Assembly (NCBI RefSeq): GCF_008000775.2
Contig: NZ_CP042905.2
Location: 1,380,001 to 1,412,000, forward strand
Length of the DNA: 32,000 nucleotides
Direction: 5' to 3'
Source of the DNA: Promethearchaeum syntrophicum
GTDB lineage: Archaea > Asgardarchaeota > Lokiarchaeia > Sigyniarchaeales > Promethearchaeaceae
Of the stretch, positions 17,278 through 25,677 are shown piece after piece. How positions within the stretch are numbered: the first letter of the stretch is position 1; the number at the start of each line of letters is the position of its first letter. The translations under genes and the position numbers were made by a program. The notes under the pieces are model-generated. The model did no database searches. It had not been told where the DNA came from and saw nothing but the letters and a program-made list of their open reading frames with translations.

Positions 17278-18444
17278 ATGAAATCGATGATCCCATTTAA
17301 TAAACCATATTATCCTCAAAATGGAATTAAATATGTGAAAGATACCTTTAAAAGAAGAAAAATATCTGGAGATGGCTACTATTCAAAAAGAATAAGTAAG
17401 TTCATTGAAGAAAAATTTGGAGTAAAAAAGGCATTATTTGTTACGTCAGGTAGTGCGGCACTTGATATGGCTGCAATTATATTAGATTTACAACCTCAAG
17501 ATGAAGTAATTATGCCTTCATATACTTTTGTATCTACAGCAAATTCAGTAATGTTAAGAAATGCCAAAGTTATATTTGTAGATATTGATCCAAAAACTAT
17601 GAATATTGATCCAATTGAAATTGAAAAATTTATAACTCCAAATACCAAGGCATTGTTTGTTGTACATTATGCTGGAATTTCATGTGATATGGGAAAGATT
17701 ATGGATATAGCAAAGAAATATAATATTAAAGTTATTGAAGACGCAGCTCAAGGAGTAAATTCAAAATATAAAGATAAATATCTTGGTTCTATTGGAGATA
17801 TTGGATGTTATAGCTTTCATGAGACAAAAAATTACGTTTGTGGTGAAGGGGGTGCTTTTTTGCTAAATGATGAATCTTTAATTGAAAGAGCAGAAATCAT
17901 TTGGGAAAAAGGGACAAATCGACGTAAATTTTTCAGAGGGGAGGTTGATAAATATTCATGGATTGACATTGGATCCAGTTTTTTGGGTTCTGATATGCTA
18001 GCTGCTTTTTTATATGCACAATTTGAAGCTTTAGAAAAAATAAACTTTCTGAGAAAAAATGTTTTTGAATATTATTATGAATTATTAGAACCATTGGAAA
18101 AACAAAATTTTCTTAAACTTCCATTTATTCCAAATAATTGCACACCAAATTATCATATGTTTTATATTATATTGAAAAATAACTATGAAAGAGATGAAAT
18201 GATGAATTTTTTAAAAAATTCAGGAATCCATGCTATTTTTCATTATATCCCGCTTCATTCTTCACCAATGGGGAGAAAATTAGGGTATAAATCCGAAGAT
18301 TTACCTTTAACTGAAGAATATGCTGGTAGATTATTGCGTTTACCAATGTATGCAGAATTAAAAAAAAGAGAAATTGAATATATTGTTCAAAAAATCTCCA
18401 AAATGATGAAATTATTACAACCAAGAAATATCGATAATATTTAG
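17278..18444 (+). CDS. wecE: dTDP-4-amino-4,6-dideoxyhexose (Fuc4N-type) transaminase, DegT/WecE family
   Basis: MIPFNKPYY...ISGDGYYSKR...LFVTSGSAALDMAAIILDLQPQDEVIMPSYTFVSTANSVMLRNAKVIFVDIDPKTMNID...SFHETKNYVCGEGG (PLP lysine)...FHYIPLHSSPMG...RLLRLPMY. This follows the E. coli WecE motif series closely, as recalled from memory. Confidence 0.8.
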   Translation: MKSMIPFNKPYYPQNGIKYVKDTFKRRKISGDGYYSKRISKFIEEKFGVKKALFVTSGSAALDMAAIILDLQPQDEVIMPSYTFVSTANSVMLRNAKVIFVDIDPKTMNIDPIEIEKFITPNTKALFVVHYAGISCDMGKIMDIAKKYNIKVIEDAAQGVNSKYKDKYLGSIGDIGCYSFHETKNYVCGEGGAFLLNDESLIERAEIIWEKGTNRRKFFRGEVDKYSWIDIGSSFLGSDMLAAFLYAQFEALEKINFLRKNVFEYYYELLEPLEKQNFLKLPFIPNNCTPNYHMFYIILKNNYERDEMMNFLKNSGIHAIFHYIPLHSSPMGRKLGYKSEDLPLTEEYAGRLLRLPMYAELKKREIEYIVQKISKMMKLLQPRNIDNI

Positions 18445-18456
18445 GATGAAATTTAA

Positions 18457-19395
18457 ATGGAATTTACAAAAAACAGCACTATATATGTATCTGGTCATGA
18501 CGGAATGGTAGGAAAACGATTAATACAATATTTAACTGAAAATGGATATTCAAAAATTATAACGGCGACCTTTCAAGAATTAGATCTTCGAAATCAAAAA
18601 TCTGTAGAAACTTTTTTCAATAAATATCAACCGGAAATCGTCATTCATATTGCAGCTAGAGTTGGAGGTATCTATGCAAATATTAAATCACCAGCAGAGT
18701 TCATTTATGATAATTTAATGATTCAGACGAATGTAATTCATTCGGCTTATAAAAATAAATGTCAAAAATTAGTATTTCTTGGAAGTTCTTGTATTTATCC
18801 AAAAGATTGTATTCAACCAATGAGTGAAGATTTTTTTATGACAGGAAAACTTGAACCTACCAACCAATCTTATGCAATTGCAAAAATCGCTGGTATTCAG
18901 ATGTGTCAATCATATAATAAACAATATAACACTAATTTTATCTCAATAATGCCAAGCAATCTATATGGACCTGGAGATCATTATAATAATAGAAATTCAC
19001 ATGTAATGGCAGCTCTTATAAGCCGATTCCACAATGCAATAAAAGAAAAAGAAGAAAAAGTGATAGTATGGGGAACAGGTAATCCGAGAAGAGAGTTTCT
19101 ATTTATTGATGATTTGATTTCTGCAATAATATTTCTATTAAAAAATTATAATGATTCATCGATAATTAACGTTGGTCCAGGATATGATATTTCAATAAAA
19201 AAACTTGCAGAAAAAATTAGTCGGATTTTAGGTTACACTGGATTAATTGAATTCGATAAAACTAAACCAGATGGTATGATGAAAAAGCTTCTTGATGTTT
19301 CGAAAATAAATGATTTGGGTTGGAAAACGAATATTGATTTAGATGAAGGAATAAGAAGGGCTTATAATGAATATAGAAAGATATTTAAAGAATAA
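18457..19395 (+). CDS. fcl: GDP-L-fucose synthase-like SDR (Fcl/WcaG); could equally be a ColC-type GDP-L-colitose synthase
   Basis: 312 aa with IYVSGHDGMVGKRL...IHIAARVGGIYAN...FLGSSCIYPK...YAIAKIAG...MPSNLYGPGD...REFLFIDDL, the canonical GDP-4-keto-6-deoxymannose epimerase/reductase motifs. An AGGA precedes the ATG. Confidence 0.85.
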   Translation: MEFTKNSTIYVSGHDGMVGKRLIQYLTENGYSKIITATFQELDLRNQKSVETFFNKYQPEIVIHIAARVGGIYANIKSPAEFIYDNLMIQTNVIHSAYKNKCQKLVFLGSSCIYPKDCIQPMSEDFFMTGKLEPTNQSYAIAKIAGIQMCQSYNKQYNTNFISIMPSNLYGPGDHYNNRNSHVMAALISRFHNAIKEKEEKVIVWGTGNPRREFLFIDDLISAIIFLLKNYNDSSIINVGPGYDISIKKLAEKISRILGYTGLIEFDKTKPDGMMKKLLDVSKINDLGWKTNIDLDEGIRRAYNEYRKIFKE

Positions 19396-19416
19396 GTCAA
19401 ATTTTGAGGAAATTCG

Positions 19417-21354
19417 ATGATAAACAAAAATTATTCTACTAAAACTAAGGTCATCTTTAACTCTATTTCTATTTTTTTGCTTATCATTAGTTATTTATTT
19501 AATATTAGCGACTCTTTCGCATTAGGCAAAATATTTATTAACATTTTTATTGAAAAAAAAATAGATACTATTCAAATTGTCTTTGTAGTACTTTCAGCTC
19601 TCATTCTTTTCATTAATATTTTATGTTTACTTTCCTATTCGTTAAAGAAATCTATCGAAATGAAATTGTTTCTTATTTTTTCATTTATATTATTTTATAT
19701 TATAATTATTGGTCCTGGTCTTAATACATTAAGAATCCATGACCATGATGCTATGCTTCATCTTTATATTGTCGAGGGGATTAATTCATCATTAGAATTT
19801 CCATATTATTCTCAATATTCAAATTATATCTTTCACCGGTTTCTTGCCTTCATATCCAGAATAACAAAAATAAATCCGCACAGTTTATTTTTATTTTTTC
19901 CACAATTTATTATGTACCTTTTATATTGTATTGGTGTAATACTGATTTTGAGATTATTAGTTGATAAAAACTCCATTTTTTATAAAAAAAATATCTATTT
20001 GGTAACAATGTGCAATCCTTTTTTGATTTCTGTTTTTGCAGGTGCAAAACCCATTTCATTCTTAATCTCAATTTTTCCTCTAATTTTATATCTTTCAATT
20101 AAAACAACAAAATTAAATCTCATTATCTTGTCAATCCTGTTATATATTTGTGTAGGTTCTCATGTACATGGTTATTTTATTTTAGTTATGATAATTTGTT
20201 TTTTAATCATAAAGTTGATTGTTAGAATTTATTTTAAAAAAGCAAATAATCTTAAGATTATTTCTTATTTAAAAGTAGGATTTTTCTTAATTTGCTTAAT
20301 ACCTTTTCTTTTTCCTTCACTATTATATAATTTGTTTAATTTTTTATCAGTAGATAATTTAATAATAGAAATTTTTGTGAATGAGTTTTATTCTGGTAGT
20401 TTCATAAAAAGATATGGTGTATTTCAGCATGAAAATTTTTTCTCCTTTCTTTATTTTAGCCACAGTATTATCGGAATGTCAATATTTTGTTATGTTATAC
20501 CGTTTTTTGTTGTTTTTTTAAACCAATTCAGTTTTTATTACATTAAAAATAGTAAAACAATTTTGTTTGATAATAAAATGCAATTACGTTTTTTTTGTGA
20601 CTTTTATTTCATTTTCATTATAATTAGTTTATTTTTTGGATCTAGTATTGATTTTTGGAGATTTTCTTGGATGGCTTGTAGTATATATTTCATAATTTTT
20701 ATCTATTTTTGGTTAGTTTTTTTAAAAGAACAGAAAAGTATTTTTTCCAATATTAAAAACCAATTTATTTTAAGAACTTATACAAAATTTCAAGATAGAA
20801 TACAAAACATGAAAAATAAATTAATAAGAAAGGTTTCGCTTATTGAATTTAAAAAAAAAATTGACGCATTATGTTTAATAATTGTTTTATTATTTTCTTT
20901 GCTAAATTTCTCCTTTTTTTCAGTACTTCCTTATTCAAATGAACAATATAATACTTCAGAATGGATTAATGAAAATACGCCTACTGATTCCATTTTTTTA
21001 CTTCATCCTTATTTTGAAAATTTTATTAAAGGAATGACGTTGAGAGATACTACTGAAAATTGCTCTAAATTATTTGATCTTAATTTGAATTCTTCAGAAA
21101 GATCAAAATCATTTTTCTTATTGAATAATTCCGATTTTAGATTTAGTAACCATTCAAAAGGTTACTTATCTTTAGATATGAATTATATCAATAGATTAAA
21201 AATGGAGATTTTATGGATAGGAGAGCCTTGCGTTGGTAATGGAGAAGAGTGTGTTCCGTTAAATGTGCTCTATAATGAATTATACAATTCAGATTTATTT
21301 AAATTAGTTTATAATCAAACGAATATTTTAATATATGAAATAAATATCATTTGA
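19417..21354 (+). CDS. Large polytopic membrane protein (645 aa, ~14 helices plus ~140 aa C-terminal soluble domain); candidate GT-C-type transferase, function unknown
   Basis: Long ORF with GAGG upstream. A His/Asp-rich loop, LRIHDHDAMLHLY, follows the third helix. The C-terminal hydrophilic domain reads NTSEWINENTPTDSIFLLHPYFENFIKG.... Confidence 0.75.
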   Translation: MINKNYSTKTKVIFNSISIFLLIISYLFNISDSFALGKIFINIFIEKKIDTIQIVFVVLSALILFINILCLLSYSLKKSIEMKLFLIFSFILFYIIIIGPGLNTLRIHDHDAMLHLYIVEGINSSLEFPYYSQYSNYIFHRFLAFISRITKINPHSLFLFFPQFIMYLLYCIGVILILRLLVDKNSIFYKKNIYLVTMCNPFLISVFAGAKPISFLISIFPLILYLSIKTTKLNLIILSILLYICVGSHVHGYFILVMIICFLIIKLIVRIYFKKANNLKIISYLKVGFFLICLIPFLFPSLLYNLFNFLSVDNLIIEIFVNEFYSGSFIKRYGVFQHENFFSFLYFSHSIIGMSIFCYVIPFFVVFLNQFSFYYIKNSKTILFDNKMQLRFFCDFYFIFIIISLFFGSSIDFWRFSWMACSIYFIIFIYFWLVFLKEQKSIFSNIKNQFILRTYTKFQDRIQNMKNKLIRKVSLIEFKKKIDALCLIIVLLFSLLNFSFFSVLPYSNEQYNTSEWINENTPTDSIFLLHPYFENFIKGMTLRDTTENCSKLFDLNLNSSERSKSFFLLNNSDFRFSNHSKGYLSLDMNYINRLKMEILWIGEPCVGNGEECVPLNVLYNELYNSDLFKLVYNQTNILIYEINII

Positions 21355-21387
21355 ATCACACTATCATCCAAAGCGTTATATAGATCT

Positions 21388-22818
21388 TTATTGATTTATA
21401 CTCTCTAAGATCTTCCGAATCTCTTCCTTCTGGTTTTGTATTGCATATTTTTTAAAGTAATAATCAACATTAATAGGGCTTCTTTCACTTTTATTGAGAT
21501 TTTCAATTCTTTCATTTAATTCTATAGGACTATTTATTAATTCCATTATTCCTTGATTAATGAATTCCTCAAAAAATTCCCATTCAGTTAATTTAATAAT
21601 AAAAATTGGTTTATTAAACATCATACTTTCAAAAATAGCAGTCGAATTAACGCCAATGATTGTTTTTGCTTCAGAAAATAACTTATATAATGGAAATTCC
21701 TCGTCATTATCAATTACAATTATTTTTGGATTCATATTGATATTATATTCTTTTTTCCATCTTTTGTATTCCTTTGGATGAAGTTTGATATATATTCTCT
21801 TATCTGTTATATCTACAAATTCTTTTGCAAATTTACATAATTCAAATCCAATCGTTGGGGAAGAAATAAATAAAATCTTATTTTGTTTGTTTTGATTTTG
21901 ATATTTATTAAACTCATGTTCAAAATAAGGAAATCCGACTGTTTTAATATTACTTTTTGGAAAAGGTAGTTGAAGTACTTCTTCCCAATATTTCCCGAAT
22001 GTAAAAAAATAGTCCGGAAGTACATCAGGTTTTACATTTTTTGGAAAATTATATGCTAATTGAATCGGATTAATCGCACCATGTTGGAATTCAATAGTTG
22101 GTATTCCCTTCTTTTTACACATTTCGTTCATTAACATTAATACTTGAATATTATTGAAAACATATATAATCAGTTTGGGTTGGTAGAAATCTATAAGTTT
22201 TTCGAGAACTTTATTATAAGAATATCTAAACTTTATTTTTTTTTTTACTTCTTTGATAAAATTAATTTTGATATTGAAATCTTGATTTATCCGTTCATTC
22301 ACCTTATTTAATTTCATAATATCTTCTTTTGTGAATTCGACTTTGATGAATTTTTCTAGAAGAAATCCCAATCCATAGAAATAATTTAGATAAAGAGTAT
22401 CCTTTATCTTTGGAATTTTAACATCATCATAAAGTTGTTCAATGACTTGATATTGAAAATTTACATCTTTTAATAAAAAGTCAGTAAATATATCCCAATT
22501 CTCATTATCAATTCTTTTTTTTCTAGGAAAGCTAAAAATTAAAACTTCTGTTTTCTTTTTTTTGCCAATCATAGCTTCTTTTTTATAGAAAATATTTTTT
22601 ATTGTTCTAATGATTTTTTTTAGAATTCCGTAAAGGCTTTGATCGATATCACCACTTGAAACATTACCTATTATATTTAATTTTTCTAGAATTAACGCAA
22701 AAAGATATGGTCTTATGTGTGCCCAAATTTTTACTCCACAAATATTTAATTCAAATAAATTTAATTCTTTTTCAATTCGATCGAATTGGGATTTTATTTC
22801 TTTTAGATCTATTGTCAT
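21388..22818 (-). CDS. Putative GT-B-fold transferase with TagF / KpsS / bacterial-sialyltransferase-like His motifs (CMP/CDP-donor family); function unknown
   Basis: 476 aa soluble protein with ...IPTIEFQHGAINP..., ...NKILFISSPTIG..., ...RIYIKLHPKEY... and ...AKTIIGVNSTAIFESMMFNKPIFII. The order resembles the WHG / APT / HP / ITDYSS...KPi series of CDP-glycerol glycerophosphotransferase-like enzymes and the HP motif of sialyl/Kdo transferases. This is a family-level guess only. Confidence 0.5.
   Translation of the reverse strand: MTIDLKEIKSQFDRIEKELNLFELNICGVKIWAHIRPYLFALILEKLNIIGNVSSGDIDQSLYGILKKIIRTIKNIFYKKEAMIGKKKKTEVLIFSFPRKKRIDNENWDIFTDFLLKDVNFQYQVIEQLYDDVKIPKIKDTLYLNYFYGLGFLLEKFIKVEFTKEDIMKLNKVNERINQDFNIKINFIKEVKKKIKFRYSYNKVLEKLIDFYQPKLIIYVFNNIQVLMLMNEMCKKKGIPTIEFQHGAINPIQLAYNFPKNVKPDVLPDYFFTFGKYWEEVLQLPFPKSNIKTVGFPYFEHEFNKYQNQNKQNKILFISSPTIGFELCKFAKEFVDITDKRIYIKLHPKEYKRWKKEYNINMNPKIIVIDNDEEFPLYKLFSEAKTIIGVNSTAIFESMMFNKPIFIIKLTEWEFFEEFINQGIMELINSPIELNERIENLNKSERSPINVDYYFKKYAIQNQKEEIRKILESINQ
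22236..22246. repeat. 11-nt homopolymer (T11 on plus strand, A11 in the coding strand) inside the 21388..22818 CDS
   Basis: Read directly from the sequence. It encodes VKKKI, and the frame was checked against the ORF-track translation. Confidence 0.8.
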
Positions 22819-23262
22819 ATAGGGTCACTAAAATAAACTAATTAGTATACTGATTCTCTTAATAAATTAAATTTTTTATTTCCTATAGAAATTGTGTCTT
22901 AACTAAAGGAATTTCTTAGATTAGTTAAACAAATTTGTATCTATTCCTTATAGAATATCTATTATTAAAAATCTATATAATTGAAATTTTTAGAAGTCAT
23001 TTTATAAGATATTATAATTCTTAAATCAAAAATGTTATTTTTCTAATTAATTTATGAATTTTATTGAAAATAAGTATAGAAATTGCATAATTTTAAAATG
23101 CGATTAAAACAGAATTATAATGAAAAATGAATCTTATGTTTGATTTCATGAATATAAATTTCCAAAAAACCATATTTTCCTTCATAAAATACTATTCAAG
23201 AAAAATCGAAAAAAATTAAAATTCTTAGTTATTTATTTTTTCTATATAATTCAATAAGATGT

Positions 23263-24450
23263 ATGATAAAAATGAGAGAATATAAATTATCGGATGACAA
23301 TTGGGATGAATTTGAATTAAATGCTATCCAAAAAGTAATAAAATCTAACAGGTTTTCTATGGGACAAGAAGTAAAAAACTTCGAAAAAGAATTCGCAGAA
23401 AAATTTCGTGTTAAATATGCGGTCATGGTAAATTCAGGTTCTTCTGCAAACTTATTGGCTGTTGCTTCTCTATTTTATTCCGGTAAATTGAATAAAGGAG
23501 ATGAAATCATCGTTCCTGCTGTTTCGTGGAGTACAACATATTTTCCCCTTCAACAGTATGGTTTGAAAGTAAAATTTGTAGATATTAATTTAGAAACTTT
23601 AAATTTAGATATAAATCTCTTTAAAAAGAGTATTTCAGAAAAAACTAAGGCTGTTTTTATCGTGAATTTACTCGGAAACCCAAATAATTTTAATGCTTTA
23701 GAAGAAATAACTCAAGAGAAAAACATTATTATTTTAGAAGATAATTGTGAAGCAATGGGTGCTACATATAATGGAAAACAACTTGGAACATTTGGTTTAA
23801 TAGGCACTTATTCTACTTTTTATTCACATCATCTTTGCACAATGGAAGGTGGTGTTTGTGTTACAAACGATGAAGAATTATATCATTACATGTTATCTAT
23901 AAGAGCTCATGGATGGACTCGAAACTTACCTAGAAATAGTAAAATTTATCATAAAAAATTAAATGAATTCTATGAAAGTTTTAACTTTATTTTACCTGGG
24001 TATAATTTAAGACCTCTTGAAATTGAAGCTGCAATTGGTAGAGAGCAATTAAAAAAGTTAGATAGTATAATATACCAGAGGAAGGAAAATGCAAAATTTT
24101 TCAAACAAAAGATGAGTCAAATTCCAGATATTTTAATACAAAAGGAAATTGGTGAGAGCTCTTGGTTTGGATTTTCAATTATCTTAATTGGCAATAATAA
24201 AGGAAGAAGAGATTCAATTATTCAAGTGCTTAGAAAAAATAATATTGAAGTTAGACCAATCGTAGCAGGGAATTTTACTAAGAACGAAGTAATCAAGTAT
24301 TTCAATTACGAAATATATGATAAATTAATAAATGCTGATAATATACATGAAAACGGTTTTTTTGTTGGAAACCATTCTAAATCAAACAAAGAGCAAGTTG
24401 AATTTTTATATGAAGTATTAACTAATGCAATTTTGGAAAACAAAGAATAA
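23263..24450 (+). CDS. colD: GDP-4-keto-6-deoxy-D-mannose 3-dehydratase, ColD-type (DegT-fold enzyme with His replacing the PLP lysine)
   Basis: WDEFELNAIQKVIKSNRFSMGQEVKNFEKEFAEKF..YAVMVNSGSSANLLAV...GDEIIVPAVSWSTTYFPLQQYGLKVKFVDIN...NLLGNPNNF...LEDNCEAMGA...YSTFYSHHLCTMEGG...IRAHGWTRNLP...LPGYNLRPLE...GESSWFGFSII...RPIVAGNF. The position occupied by Lys in the WecE-like paralogue (SFHETKNY) is His-His here. That substitution is the hallmark of ColD. Confidence 0.8.
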   Translation: MIKMREYKLSDDNWDEFELNAIQKVIKSNRFSMGQEVKNFEKEFAEKFRVKYAVMVNSGSSANLLAVASLFYSGKLNKGDEIIVPAVSWSTTYFPLQQYGLKVKFVDINLETLNLDINLFKKSISEKTKAVFIVNLLGNPNNFNALEEITQEKNIIILEDNCEAMGATYNGKQLGTFGLIGTYSTFYSHHLCTMEGGVCVTNDEELYHYMLSIRAHGWTRNLPRNSKIYHKKLNEFYESFNFILPGYNLRPLEIEAAIGREQLKKLDSIIYQRKENAKFFKQKMSQIPDILIQKEIGESSWFGFSIILIGNNKGRRDSIIQVLRKNNIEVRPIVAGNFTKNEVIKYFNYEIYDKLINADNIHENGFFVGNHSKSNKEQVEFLYEVLTNAILENKE

Positions 24451-24562
24451 AGTGTGACTTAATAAGATATTACCTACAGAATTATCTTCAAATATTTGTT
24501 GATTTCATATAATGAGCCCATTGTTTGGAACCACATTCTACATCCAATATTGCTTCACCTTT

Positions 24563-25582
24563 TTAATAATCTTTAAACTTTTTTAGAATGCATTTACAAA
24601 TACGATACACACCATTACCATCAAAATTCGAGTAAAGATGTTCAATTTTAGAATGATATGAAGCTAAATTTAAATACAAATTGGAAACAACACTCTCTAG
24701 ATCTTCCCATTTAATTTGCTTTTGATTACCTAAGAATAAAACATTGTGATTTTTTAAAAGAAGTGCACAATCTTCTTGATTCTCAGCGATAGTAAAAATA
24801 ATTATGGGTTTATTTAGGGCCAAAACTTCATAAACTGTTGATCCTGCAGCTGATATAATGATAGCCGAAGATAAAATTATTTCTTTCAAACTTTCAGGAG
24901 CGTGAATCAAACATTCATTTTTTTTTTTTTTCTTCGATAATTCTTCTACAATATCATCAGTAAAAGCAGGACCTATTATATAATTAATTGGCAAATCAAG
25001 ATTCTTCAAATATTTTTGAAATTTTGGAAGAATTCTATAAAAATCTGCAGCTCCTGAAGTGATTGTAATGAAAATATCTTTATTTAATGGTTTGATAATT
25101 TGCTGATCATGTGAAAATGATGTCCAATACTCTCTTTTCATAGGTAAATATTCGGGTCCTAAAAGATATAATGTACTCTCATGATATTTTGGATAGAATT
25201 TTCTATTCGCATAGATATTTCCGTTGATAAGTACTCTTGGATTGATTTTTTTATAGAGATTATTATCATCTAATAATACAAGAAAGAAATTTTTTATCAT
25301 TAATTTTAAATAATGATTAGTTGCCAAATAAGAATCAAAAAATACTATATCAGGATCTAATGATTTAATGATAGAAATATCATAATCATCAAATTTTTCA
25401 GAAGAAATTGTTTTGTAAGATTCACAAAAAGCTTCACCTTCTTTATTGACAATGAAAAAAATATTTAAATGCAAATTTGGGTAGTAATAAGTAAAACCAG
25501 AAGCAATACTTAAACAACGATTTAGATGTCCTAATCCAATATTTTTTCCCGCATTTGTTCTAAAAACTATTTTCATGGTCAA
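24563..25582 (-). CDS. pseG: PseG-like UDP-2,4-diacetamido-2,4,6-trideoxyhexose hydrolase (GT28-C/SpsG family)
   Basis: MKIVFRTNAGKNIGLGHLNRCLSIA matches the PseG/SpsG N-terminal signature (RaDa...iG.GH..R). The C-terminal ...IISAAGSTVYEVLALNKPII is GT-B-like. The gene is divergent from a pseH-like gene. Confidence 0.75.
   Translation of the reverse strand: MTMKIVFRTNAGKNIGLGHLNRCLSIASGFTYYYPNLHLNIFFIVNKEGEAFCESYKTISSEKFDDYDISIIKSLDPDIVFFDSYLATNHYLKLMIKNFFLVLLDDNNLYKKINPRVLINGNIYANRKFYPKYHESTLYLLGPEYLPMKREYWTSFSHDQQIIKPLNKDIFITITSGAADFYRILPKFQKYLKNLDLPINYIIGPAFTDDIVEELSKKKKKNECLIHAPESLKEIILSSAIIISAAGSTVYEVLALNKPIIIFTIAENQEDCALLLKNHNVLFLGNQKQIKWEDLESVVSNLYLNLASYHSKIEHLYSNFDGNGVYRICKCILKKFKDY
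24918..24931. repeat. 14-nt homopolymer (T14 on plus strand, A14 in the coding strand) inside the pseG-like CDS
   Basis: Read directly from the sequence. The coding strand reads AAG AAA AAA AAA AAA AAT (KKKKKN), and the frame is consistent with the ORF-track protein ...ELSKKKKKNECLIH.... Confidence 0.85.
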
Positions 25583-25677
25583 TGATTAGAATAAAATGAG
25601 ATTATTCTAAAATGTAATGCATTTTCAAAAATTATTGGTCAAAGTTTTAATTGAATAGATGATTTGAGAAAGCAATT

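Noticed and set aside
17006-17296. 96-aa minus-strand ORF spanning the acyltransferase/wecE junction
   Set aside because: The translation is low-complexity. It overlaps the ends of two supported plus-strand genes and is most likely spurious.
18233-22841. Short ORFs 18233..18424, 19910..20098, 21560..21781, 21813..22025 and 22656..22841
   Set aside because: All are antisense or out-of-frame within longer, better-supported CDS.
23229-23426. 65-aa minus-strand ORF overlapping the colD start
   Set aside because: It is antisense to the strongly supported ColD-like N-terminus.
24451-24562. Minus-strand frame downstream of pseG reading ...GEAILDVECGSKQWAHYMKSTNI* as a possible gene remnant
   Set aside because: It is too short (about 25 codons) and I can recognise no family resemblance.
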